From Desulfurococcales archaeon (GTDB lineage Archaea > Thermoproteota > Thermoprotei_A > Sulfolobales > NBVN01): a stretch of DNA of 37,079 nt. Location of the stretch: positions 1 through 37,079 of the forward strand of contig JAGHCP010000086.1 in the NCBI GenBank assembly GCA_021160415.1. Reading direction: 5' to 3'. The position numbers and the translations under genes are program-made. Positions 17,915-25,815 of this stretch are shown in pieces. Under the pieces are notes generated by a model. It saw only the letters and a program-made list of their open reading frames with translations. It searched no databases and was not told where the DNA came from. The stretch's first letter is position 1. Every line of letters starts with the position of its first letter.

Positions 17915-18715
17915 ATGGTTAGGAAGAGAAGGCACTTGCCAAGGGTAGGTGAGTTAGTGATAGGGACCGTTAAGAAGGTCTTCGATTACGGAGCCTACTT
18001 GGACCTTGATGAGTATGGTGGTAAGGAGGCGTACCTTCCTTGGTCTGAGGTAAGCTCTAAATGGGTAAGGGATATCAAGGATTTTGTCCGGGAAGGCCAG
18101 AAAGTAGTAGTTAAGGTAATCAGGGTAGATAAGAGGAAGGGTCATATTGACGTATCGATGAAGAGAGTTAACGCAACAGAGCAGAGGAGGAAAATGCTCG
18201 AGTTTAAGAGAGCTCAGAGAGCAGAGAAAATGCTTGAAATAGCAGCTAAGAAGTTGGGGAAAGGACTTGATGAAGCTTACGAGGAAGCAGGATGGCCTCT
18301 GGAGGATTACTACGGTGAGATCTACGCAGGGCTAGAAGAGGCCGCATACAGAGGTCCAGACGCATTAAGGGATGCAGGTGTCCCTGAGGAATGGATTGAG
18401 CCGCTGATGGAGGAAGTTAAGAAGCACATAAAAGTGAAGAAGGTCAGGATCCGCGGCGTTATAACGGCGTGGAGCACCGCCAGCGACGGTGTTGAGAGAA
18501 TAAGGAAGGTTCTTAAGGAACCCCTCAGCAAGATTGAAGTGCCTTCCGACACTGCCGTAAGGATCTATAGCATCGGAGCCCCGAGATACAGAATCGAAGT
18601 TTCATCTATAGACTACAAGAAGGCTGAGAAAGTTCTATCATCCTACATCGAGAACGCTCAGAGGTTAGCTAAGAGGTCGAGCGTGATCTTCGCTTTTCAG
18701 AGGGAGAAACACTGA
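17915..18715 (+). CDS. eif2a: Translation initiation factor 2 subunit alpha (aIF2alpha)
   Basis: N-terminal S1 domain (PRVGELVIGTVKKVFDYGAYLDLDEYGGKEAYLPWSEV). 266 aa. Conserved L44e-S27e-aIF2a-Nop10 operon. Confidence 0.9.
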   Translation: MVRKRRHLPRVGELVIGTVKKVFDYGAYLDLDEYGGKEAYLPWSEVSSKWVRDIKDFVREGQKVVVKVIRVDKRKGHIDVSMKRVNATEQRRKMLEFKRAQRAEKMLEIAAKKLGKGLDEAYEEAGWPLEDYYGEIYAGLEEAAYRGPDALRDAGVPEEWIEPLMEEVKKHIKVKKVRIRGVITAWSTASDGVERIRKVLKEPLSKIEVPSDTAVRIYSIGAPRYRIEVSSIDYKKAEKVLSSYIENAQRLAKRSSVIFAFQREKH

Positions 18716-18882
18716 TGAGATTCCTAATGAGGAAATGCCCCAAGTGTGGAAGGTATACATTAAGTGATAGATGCCCAGTCTGCGGGGAAGCAACTATTGT
18801 TGCTCATCCCCATAGGTTTTCCCCGCAGGATAAGTACGTTCGTTACAGGATATTAATGAAGTACCTTTCCGAGAGGGCTTAA
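18715..18882 (+). CDS. nop10: H/ACA RNP protein Nop10 (55 aa, below the ORF-track size cutoff)
   Basis: My own translation is MRFLMRKCPKCGRYTLSDRCPVCGEATIVAHPHRFSPQDKYVRYRILMKYLSERA. It shows the Nop10 Zn-ribbon plus the PxRFSPxDKY motif. The ATG overlaps the aIF2alpha TGA (cTGATGa). Confidence 0.85.
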   Translation: MRFLMRKCPKCGRYTLSDRCPVCGEATIVAHPHRFSPQDKYVRYRILMKYLSERA

Positions 18883-18887
18883 TTTGA

Positions 18888-19499
18888 TCACCAAGGGTTA
18901 TCCTTCATTTTCATCCAATACGCCACTAGATTGGTAAGCGGATGAAGCACCAATACTAGATACGTCGCTATAAGCAAGTCGTACGGCTTAATCACACCCT
19001 CCAACTCATTTAGGGGGAGGGTGAATAAGTAAGCCACGTAAAGAAAGGAAAGCTGGTCAAAAGGTATGAAAGGATCGCCGGGCTCCAGGTTTAACCTCCT
19101 TTTAAGGAAGGAATTAAGTAAATCCCCCATCATAGCTCCTAAACCCATGAGGAACCCATAAACGATCCAGAGGGAGTATCCAGTAATAGCTGAGTATATC
19201 GCCCCAACCACTGTCCCAGTAATTGTTCCTGCAGCTACACCTTCCCAACTCTTATTGTCTCCGAACACCCTCCTCCCGTCAAGGAAGGTTCGCCCGCCAT
19301 CAACAGGTGTAAATCTCCGTTTCCGGAGGATATTCCTCATAACTAAGGGTGCCGAGTTAGCAGTCAAAGCGGGGAGGAAAAGAAGGGCAGCTCTAATAAG
19401 TAACCAAACAAACGTGTTGCCAGTTCCCCAGAGATTCAGCAAGCTTCCCCCCTTTCCATAACCAACTTCAGGATCACCTTTAAGTATTCCAGCATTCAA
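18888..19499 (-). CDS. carS: CDP-archaeol synthase (CarS, DUF46 family)
   Basis: Polytopic membrane protein with FLPALTANSAPLV..DGGRTF.DGRRVFGDNKSWEG, typical of CarS. The ORF-track TTG start is probably too far upstream, and an in-frame TTG about 19 codons downstream is plausible. Confidence 0.7.
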   Translation of the reverse strand: MNAGILKGDPEVGYGKGGSLLNLWGTGNTFVWLLIRAALLFLPALTANSAPLVMRNILRKRRFTPVDGGRTFLDGRRVFGDNKSWEGVAAGTITGTVVGAIYSAITGYSLWIVYGFLMGLGAMMGDLLNSFLKRRLNLEPGDPFIPFDQLSFLYVAYLFTLPLNELEGVIKPYDLLIATYLVLVLHPLTNLVAYWMKMKDNPW

Positions 19500-19537
19500 G
19501 ATTTCGTCGAGCTTAATCTGTTACGGGGAGTGGAGAG

Positions 19538-20164
19538 TTGCTGCGTGGTAAGGGCTTCCCACCGACGATAGTGGTGTGCGATCCGAGGTTATTTAGGAAT
19601 GTAGCGGAAGTGCTTAGAACTTTGAAGGTTGATTTCAGAGTCCCTGAAAGCCTCCCACTACGCATGGATGAAGGTACGGTGATTGCCGATGATGAGTGCA
19701 GATCCTACGTGGAGGGATCTGCACAGATCTACGTCGTAAACAGGGCGAATGTCTGGAAGATCGCTTTACTTATCGCGGGTCGTAGGGGGAATACTTTGCA
19801 GGTGGGTATTGACCTAGGCAGCAAAATAGCGTACGTGGCTCTCCTAGATGACTTGCTTTTACGGTATGGATACGTTGAAAGCTCGGAGGAGTTAGCTAGT
19901 GAGGTGGGCGAATTAGTTGACTTGCTATCACCTAAGAATACGATAATTAAGGTAGGGTCTCCTGAAAGGCGGTTGAGTCAGGAAGCTAGGAGAATTGCTA
20001 AACTGATGCCTCAGAGGAACTGCGAAGTTTACGTAGTGAATGAAGAAAGAAGTAATAAGGCCTTAGCTATCCTGCGGTCGGCCTACCCCGAAATAAAAGG
20101 TGTTGCTAAAGATATCATAGCGGCACTCAATATTGCGTTAAGAGACGGTGTGAAGATTCGGTAG
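19538..20164 (+). CDS. YqgF/RuvX-like RNase H-fold putative nuclease with a unique N-terminal domain of about 85 aa
   Basis: The C-terminal half aligns by eye to E. coli YqgF: LQVGIDLGSKIAYVAL (FDFGTKSIGVAV), TIIKVGSP (IIVGLP), VYVVNEERSNKALA (LHDERLSTVEA), AKDIIAALNIAL (VDSASAVIIL). TTG start. Confidence 0.55.
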   Translation: MLRGKGFPPTIVVCDPRLFRNVAEVLRTLKVDFRVPESLPLRMDEGTVIADDECRSYVEGSAQIYVVNRANVWKIALLIAGRRGNTLQVGIDLGSKIAYVALLDDLLLRYGYVESSEELASEVGELVDLLSPKNTIIKVGSPERRLSQEARRIAKLMPQRNCEVYVVNEERSNKALAILRSAYPEIKGVAKDIIAALNIALRDGVKIR

Positions 20165-20200
20165 GAATAGGTTCTGATGGCTATACTCAGGAGCAGTCTT

Positions 20201-21028
20201 TCAGCACTTACCGCTTCTCAGCAGGTCGTCGTAGATCTTCAAGAGTTGGGGAGGTGAGAGTTGATAAACACGGAGCTTTCTAATGTCGTCAGCGACATCC
20301 GTCTTTACGCAGTGAAAGGTTTCCCTCAAAACCTTTCCAAGGACCTTTCTCCTCTGCGTGAATAGATCCCTAAGGAAACGCTCATACCCCAGCATAGATG
20401 GTGACCATTCCCGGAATCTCTTCAGAACGATCAGTGTGGAGTTCACTTTAGGTCTTGGGAAGAAGCTCTCAGGCGGGAAGGTCCTGACCCTCTCCACGCT
20501 CATAAAGCTATTCACAAACGCCGTGAGCCTGCCGTATTTCCTATCCCCAGGCGGTGAAGTGAGCCTATCAGCGACTTCCTGCTGAACCATTATAGCAGCC
20601 GCCTTAGCCGCTGACTTAACTATTCCAGCTATCAGAGGGCCCGTTATCTTATATGGGGTGTTTGATACGATAGTGTCGCATAGATGACCTCCAGATATGA
20701 TGTGAAGCCCGTCGCCGCCTACGATATGCACATTAAGTAAGTCGCTCACATAACCTTTTAGGTACGGTAGTAGCCTAAGGTCTAACTCCACAGCTATGAC
20801 GTTACTGCAGGACCTCCTGATGAACCGGGTTAGGAATCCTAACCCCGCCCCAATCTCAACGCAGCTCTTAGGTCTTAACCCCTCAAGGGCCGAGATGAAA
20901 GCCTCCCCTATGCCGCAGTCCTTCATGAGGTGTTGCCCTTCTCTCTTTAGTAAGCGCAACTCCCTTCTCAGCTTGCTAAGTGCTGCCTTCATAAGGCGGC
21001 ACTCTTCCCGAAGTTCGGATTCAAGCAT
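20201..21028 (-). CDS. ksgA: 16S/18S rRNA (adenine-N6,N6)-dimethyltransferase KsgA/Dim1
   Basis: GQHLM (GQHFL-like), SAM motif VEIGAGLGFLT, catalytic NTPYKITGPL. N-terminal charged extension of about 28 aa. Confidence 0.85.
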   Translation of the reverse strand: MLESELREECRLMKAALSKLRRELRLLKREGQHLMKDCGIGEAFISALEGLRPKSCVEIGAGLGFLTRFIRRSCSNVIAVELDLRLLPYLKGYVSDLLNVHIVGGDGLHIISGGHLCDTIVSNTPYKITGPLIAGIVKSAAKAAAIMVQQEVADRLTSPPGDRKYGRLTAFVNSFMSVERVRTFPPESFFPRPKVNSTLIVLKRFREWSPSMLGYERFLRDLFTQRRKVLGKVLRETFHCVKTDVADDIRKLRVYQLSPPQLLKIYDDLLRSGKC

Positions 21029-21068
21029 CGATTTATAGAAACTTTCCAGATTTTAAAGGGTCTTTGAA

Positions 21069-22340
21069 GTGTATCTCACCCTGAAGAAGGGAGATGTGGT
21101 GAGAGTTTCGGGACCTGCTAAAGTCACCGTTGCTTCTGGGGAGGTCCTTCTTCTCGGAGCAACGTACGTTGAGGGAGCGTCACTAACTATACACAGGTTC
21201 AGGAGTTACGCAATGCTCGCCTTAAGGGATTCGACCTTAGACATCAGGGTCGGGGAAGGCGGTGAGGCGGCGAAGGTGGGTCCTTCCGATGAAGTCGTCG
21301 TAGAATGGTTGAGGATTGCTGAGTCATTGTGGAGCTACTACTCCGAGGAGGGCTCACTGAAAGTTGTTATAGTGGGCCCCGTGGAGTCAGGGAAAACATC
21401 TTCAGCTGCATTTATATCAAACTACTTCACGAGTCGAGGTGAGACTGTCTACCTCCTAGAGGCAGATGTGGGTCAGGAAGACCTCGCTCTCCCGGGCACT
21501 GTGGCTCTGAAGAAAGTCACCGAAACATTCCTGTGGCAGAGGGAGTTAGGGCATGACGTCCTAAGGTTCGTGGGCTGCATCGCCCCCCACGTCTGCAAGG
21601 ATGAGATTCTCTGCGCCGTCAGCGATCTCTCTAGGCTTGTACCTGAGGGAGCTCCGTTAGTAGTAAACACCGACGGCTGGATCAGCGGCGTTAAGGCCCT
21701 TATGTTTAAGGCGGGTATGATTAGGTGGTTGAGACCAACCCACATACTTGTAACTGATGTCGACGCCTACACCTTCATGCGGTCCGCATCTCTAGGCGCT
21801 GAAGTGCTATATCTCCCGCCGCCCAAGGTAATCAGAGAACGGGATAGGGCGGCCCGTAGGTACTTGAGGAGAGATCTCTACAGGAAGTATTTCCTGGACT
21901 CACGCGTTATTGAGGTTTCGTTAAGTAAGGTCCCATTTATGAAGTCAAGGATTTTCGGCGGCGCTGAAATACCGCGAGGATTGGTTGAGGAGGTCATTCC
22001 TCAGCTGAAGGGAGCCGGGAAGATCCTCCGCGCCTCAAAACTGGGTGACTCGGTTTATGTCCTAACCGAGAACAGGGTTAAGGAGCAGCACTTTACAGAA
22101 GGTGTTAAGGCATATTTCTTCACACCTCAAGACCTACGCGGTTGCTTAGTAGGTCTTGTGGGCCGAAAATATGAAGATGTGGGCGTGGGGATAATTGAGT
22201 CCGTGAAGTTAAGGAATGGGGAAGTGGTTCTAAAGATCAAAACACCTGTTAAAGATGAGGTGAGGGGGCTCATAGCCGGTTATATTAGGCTTGGGAGTGA
22301 GTATCAAGAAGTGGGTGGTGAGAAGGGATGCTTTATCTGA
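21069..22340 (+). CDS. Clp1/Grc3-family polynucleotide 5'-kinase homologue
   Basis: Walker A IVGPVESGKTS followed by the family-typical LEADVGQEDLALPGTVAL (DxDxGQ..PG) motif. 423 aa with three-domain proportions. GTG start. Confidence 0.7.
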   Translation: MYLTLKKGDVVRVSGPAKVTVASGEVLLLGATYVEGASLTIHRFRSYAMLALRDSTLDIRVGEGGEAAKVGPSDEVVVEWLRIAESLWSYYSEEGSLKVVIVGPVESGKTSSAAFISNYFTSRGETVYLLEADVGQEDLALPGTVALKKVTETFLWQRELGHDVLRFVGCIAPHVCKDEILCAVSDLSRLVPEGAPLVVNTDGWISGVKALMFKAGMIRWLRPTHILVTDVDAYTFMRSASLGAEVLYLPPPKVIRERDRAARRYLRRDLYRKYFLDSRVIEVSLSKVPFMKSRIFGGAEIPRGLVEEVIPQLKGAGKILRASKLGDSVYVLTENRVKEQHFTEGVKAYFFTPQDLRGCLVGLVGRKYEDVGVGIIESVKLRNGEVVLKIKTPVKDEVRGLIAGYIRLGSEYQEVGGEKGCFI

Positions 22341-23620
22341 GCGATTTAATTGATAGACTGAATAACATGGGGGCTCTAATCAGACTTAAGGATAGAATTT
22401 CATTCGAGCTTGAACCAACACGAAGGATCAAAGAAGCTGAGAACCTTAGGAAAGCCATTGAATTCGAGGTTAGCGGGTCAAATCTTAAAGTCGTGAGTAA
22501 TGTTGTTGGCGACCGTTCAACTCTATACTGGTTGATGGGTGTTTCTGGTGATGGGGAAGCATATGAGAAGCTCCTCAAGAGCTTAGAAGGGGGAGGGCAA
22601 GCATCATTTATTGAGGAATCATTCAGCGATTACTTTAAGCCTTATGGCGGGTCGTTTGAGACCTTACCCGCTATAAAGTTCTTTAAGGGTGATGGCGGCA
22701 GGTACATAACGTCGTCGATACTGGTTGCGAAGGTCCCAGGGGAGGACTCGTTTAACGCTTCAGTGCACAGACTCATGTTAATTCCAGGGAAAGGCTTCGC
22801 GGTGAGGTTAGTACCCAGGCACCTGTATAGAATATACACAGAGAATGTTCGCAGCGGTATGGAAACACCTGTGGCCGTTATGATTGGATGCGACCCTCTT
22901 CTTCTACTTTCTGCGTCCACCTCACCGCCTTACGGCCAATTTGAGTTCGGGGTGTACGGGTCGTTGATGAGTGAAGATGTGGTGGTAAGTTACACACCTA
23001 AGTACGGTCTCCCCGTCCAGGTGTCGGCGTCTGTGGTTATTGAGGGGAGAATATCTAAGGAGTTAGTGGATGAGGGTCCCTTCGTGGATCTATTAAACCT
23101 TTATGACGGTGTAAGGAAGCAGCCCTTAATTAAGGTAGACGGTATTTACATCAATAAGGCCTCAGAGCCCTTGTTTCACGCAATTCTTCCAGGGGGTAAT
23201 GAACACAAGCTCCTTATGGGTTTCCCTAAGGAGGCAAGTATCTGGGATGCTGTAAGGAAGGCTGTTCCTAAGGTTCACAAAGTGAGGTTAACGGCTGCTG
23301 GAGGTGGATGGTTGCATGCAGTGATTTCAATAACGAAGAACGTTGACGGGGATGCCAAAACCGCAATAATGGCCGCCTTCGGTGCACACCCTAGTTTGAA
23401 GCACGTGGTTATTGTCGACGAGGATATTGACCCTGATAGTAGCTATGACGTTGAGTGGGCGATAGCGACGAGGTTTCAAGCAGATAGAGACTTAGTAATC
23501 ATTAAATCGGCAAGGGGGTCTACGCTGGATCCTAGCGCCGCTGATGGCGTCACAGCTAAAATGGGTTTGGACGCTACAGCCTCCATAAGGGAAAAGGGGA
23601 AATTCATGAGGCCTTCCTGA
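22328..23620 (+). CDS. UbiD-family decarboxylase, probable anhydromevalonate-phosphate decarboxylase (archaeal mevalonate pathway)
   Basis: 430 aa with a UbiD-like N-terminus (LSDLIDRLNNMGALIRLKD) and core. The specific function is inferred from the immediately adjacent aconitase-X subunits. Overlaps the clp1-like stop by 13 nt. Confidence 0.7.
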   Translation: MLYLSDLIDRLNNMGALIRLKDRISFELEPTRRIKEAENLRKAIEFEVSGSNLKVVSNVVGDRSTLYWLMGVSGDGEAYEKLLKSLEGGGQASFIEESFSDYFKPYGGSFETLPAIKFFKGDGGRYITSSILVAKVPGEDSFNASVHRLMLIPGKGFAVRLVPRHLYRIYTENVRSGMETPVAVMIGCDPLLLLSASTSPPYGQFEFGVYGSLMSEDVVVSYTPKYGLPVQVSASVVIEGRISKELVDEGPFVDLLNLYDGVRKQPLIKVDGIYINKASEPLFHAILPGGNEHKLLMGFPKEASIWDAVRKAVPKVHKVRLTAAGGGWLHAVISITKNVDGDAKTAIMAAFGAHPSLKHVVIVDEDIDPDSSYDVEWAIATRFQADRDLVIIKSARGSTLDPSAADGVTAKMGLDATASIREKGKFMRPS

Positions 23621-23629
23621 GGTGGCGAT

Positions 23630-24817
23630 ATGTTCCTGAATAAGGAAGAGGAACAGATGTTGCAAGGGGAGTACGGTGAGGTAGTCAGTAAGGCGTTAAC
23701 CGCTATTGTGAAGGTCGGTGAAGTGCTGGGTGCTGACTCACTCATAGATATTTCTCACGCCCACGTCTCCGGAATATCTTACTTCAATATAGGGGATGCA
23801 GGCATCGACTTCATAGAGTCCCTGGCCTTTGAGGGAGCATCTTTCAGGGTTTTTACCACGGCCAATCCCTACGCAGTGATTCAGGGCTATAAACAAAGGA
23901 ACTTTAGTGACGAAGTTCTGAGCAAGCAGCTTAAGGTGGTTAGTGCGTTGAGATCGATGGGCGCCAAGGCATTCACATGCGCTCCTTACTTCATCAGGAA
24001 GCCTAAAGCGGGGGAGCACATAGCTTGGGCTGAAAGCAATGCCGTATTATTTGCGAACTCAGTGTTAGGTGCATACACAAATAGGGAGGGAGGTCCTTTA
24101 GCACTCTTCGAAGCCTTGACTGGAAAGGCATATAACGCAGGGGTTCACCTTCCTGAAGGCAGGAAGCCGCGCTGCGTCGTTGAGGTGGAAACCCCCAAGA
24201 ATTACTTGGAGGCGGCGTTAACAGGATATGCTGTAGGGAGGCGTTGCCCCAGTGAAATACCTTATGTGAAAGGCTTGAAGAGTATTAAGGAGGGTATGAT
24301 GAGGTCGTTTCTAGCGGCGTTCGGAGCTACTTCCGGTGCCCCAATGGCTGTTCTGGAGGGAGTAACGCCAGGGTGGCGGAAACATGGGGAGAAAATTAAA
24401 GAACTGCCTAAAGTTGAGGTCGACGATAGCGAAATTAGAGCGGTAATTGAAGAGGGAGGTAAGACCCACGTAAAACCCGATCTTTACATTATAGGGTGCC
24501 CTCACCTTTCAAGCGAGGAACTAATCGAAATACTGAAGGAGTTAAGTAGTTGTCGGCGATATGAAGGTGCTACGGAGATATGGCTCATCACTGGAAGATA
24601 TGTATCCGTACCCGACCATCTCAACAGATTAAATCCCAACATCAAAGTGTTGTTCGATGTGTGCCCCGTAGTTACAAGACTTGACAAGCTGGGGATAAGG
24701 ACAGTAGTCACCGATTCAGGTAAGGCTCTTTACTACCTCCCTAAACTAGCCAAAGTGGATGTTGTAATCAAGGATCGCTACGAGATAATATCCGAGATAC
24801 TGAGAGGGTGTGGTTAG
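23630..24817 (+). CDS. Aconitase X catalytic subunit (DUF521), phosphomevalonate dehydratase large subunit
   Basis: MFLNKEEEQMLQGEYGE...ADSLIDISHAHVSG matches the conserved DUF521 N-terminus. 395 aa. Confidence 0.8.
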   Translation: MFLNKEEEQMLQGEYGEVVSKALTAIVKVGEVLGADSLIDISHAHVSGISYFNIGDAGIDFIESLAFEGASFRVFTTANPYAVIQGYKQRNFSDEVLSKQLKVVSALRSMGAKAFTCAPYFIRKPKAGEHIAWAESNAVLFANSVLGAYTNREGGPLALFEALTGKAYNAGVHLPEGRKPRCVVEVETPKNYLEAALTGYAVGRRCPSEIPYVKGLKSIKEGMMRSFLAAFGATSGAPMAVLEGVTPGWRKHGEKIKELPKVEVDDSEIRAVIEEGGKTHVKPDLYIIGCPHLSSEELIEILKELSSCRRYEGATEIWLITGRYVSVPDHLNRLNPNIKVLFDVCPVVTRLDKLGIRTVVTDSGKALYYLPKLAKVDVVIKDRYEIISEILRGCG

Positions 24818-25205
24818 GTTGAGGCTTAAAGTCAGGGAGATTTTACCGCCTAAGGAGAAGGTTTGCGGGGAGGTAATGGTTATTGATCACGGGATTTCCT
24901 TTTTAGGAGATGTCGATGTAGAGAAAGGTCTGATTGAAGGTAAGTATAGAGTGAGTGGTAAGCTTTTGATGTTTCCTCACGCGGTGGGTAGCACGGTGGG
25001 TTCCTACGTTATCTATGGGCTAAGAGCGAAGGGGAATGCACCGAAGGCTATAATTACGGGTAAAGAGGATCCTGTCACAATCATTGGATGCATAATTTCG
25101 GGAATCCCTCTTTACGTTTTGAAGGGAAGCGATGTCAAGGAGTTAACTTATCTTAGTGGTGTTGAGGCCTGCATTGAGGGAGGTGAGGTCAGGTTTGAGG
25201 GGTAG
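24810..25205 (+). CDS. Aconitase X swivel-domain subunit (DUF126), phosphomevalonate dehydratase small subunit
   Basis: CGEVMVID.GISFLGDVD...GKLLMFPHAVGSTVGSYVIYGL...GNAPKAII...GIPLY is the DUF126 pattern. 8-nt overlap with the large subunit. Confidence 0.8.
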   Translation: MVRLRLKVREILPPKEKVCGEVMVIDHGISFLGDVDVEKGLIEGKYRVSGKLLMFPHAVGSTVGSYVIYGLRAKGNAPKAIITGKEDPVTIIGCIISGIPLYVLKGSDVKELTYLSGVEACIEGGEVRFEG

Positions 25206-25815
25206 GGGGGTCTTCATAGTTTTCGAGGGTATTGATGGTGCTGGTAAGACAACCGTGGCTAAAGCTGTGGTTGACCTCCTCATTAAGTCAGGGATTGATT
25301 CCGTTTACACTTACGAACCTTACTCGGAGTTATTTACTAAGCTCATTCGTGAATACGGTAAGAGATTCGGGTCCGTAATGGAGACGCTCCTCATGGCAGC
25401 AGATCGTTACTACCACATAAAGGAAGTCATAGAACCAGCGCTCCATCTAGGTAAGACCGTGGTGAGCGATCGATACCATTTCTCCTCAGTGGCTTATCAA
25501 GGGGCTAGAGGAGCCGATGTTAAGTGGGTTTTACAGGTTAATTCATTCGTCCTTAAGCCAGACTTAGCGATATACCTTGATGTTCCGCCGGAAGTCGGTT
25601 TGCAACGTAAGAAGGTCTCCAGTACGAGAATAAGGTATCTGGAGGAAGACCATGAGGTAATGGAGGACGTGAGGAGAATTTATAAGGAGTTGGTTAGCTC
25701 TGGCGACCTCGAAGAGGTCGACGCCACTAAGGATCTGTGTTCCGTTATGCAGGAATGTGTTAGGATAATTTGCGAAAGAACTGGGCTACTTTGCGGTGCT
25801 GCAGTATGTAGCTAG
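25156..25815 (+). CDS. tmk: Thymidylate kinase
   Basis: P-loop FIVFEGIDGAGKTT, DRYHFSSVAYQG. The true start is probably the in-frame TTG near 25195 (MRGRGVFIVFEG), which would shrink the 50-nt overlap with the upstream gene. Confidence 0.85.
   Translation: MVLRPALREVRSGLRGRGVFIVFEGIDGAGKTTVAKAVVDLLIKSGIDSVYTYEPYSELFTKLIREYGKRFGSVMETLLMAADRYYHIKEVIEPALHLGKTVVSDRYHFSSVAYQGARGADVKWVLQVNSFVLKPDLAIYLDVPPEVGLQRKKVSSTRIRYLEEDHEVMEDVRRIYKELVSSGDLEEVDATKDLCSVMQECVRIICERTGLLCGAAVCS

Noticed and set aside
25156-25205. 50-nt overlap between the aconitase-X small subunit and tmk, suggesting a long out-of-frame dual-coding segment
   Set aside because: Thymidylate kinases start only a few residues before the P-loop. 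An in-frame TTG near 25195 gives MRGRGVFIVFEGIDGAGKTT and reduces the overlap to about 11 nt, so this is a start-site artefact of the ORF caller.
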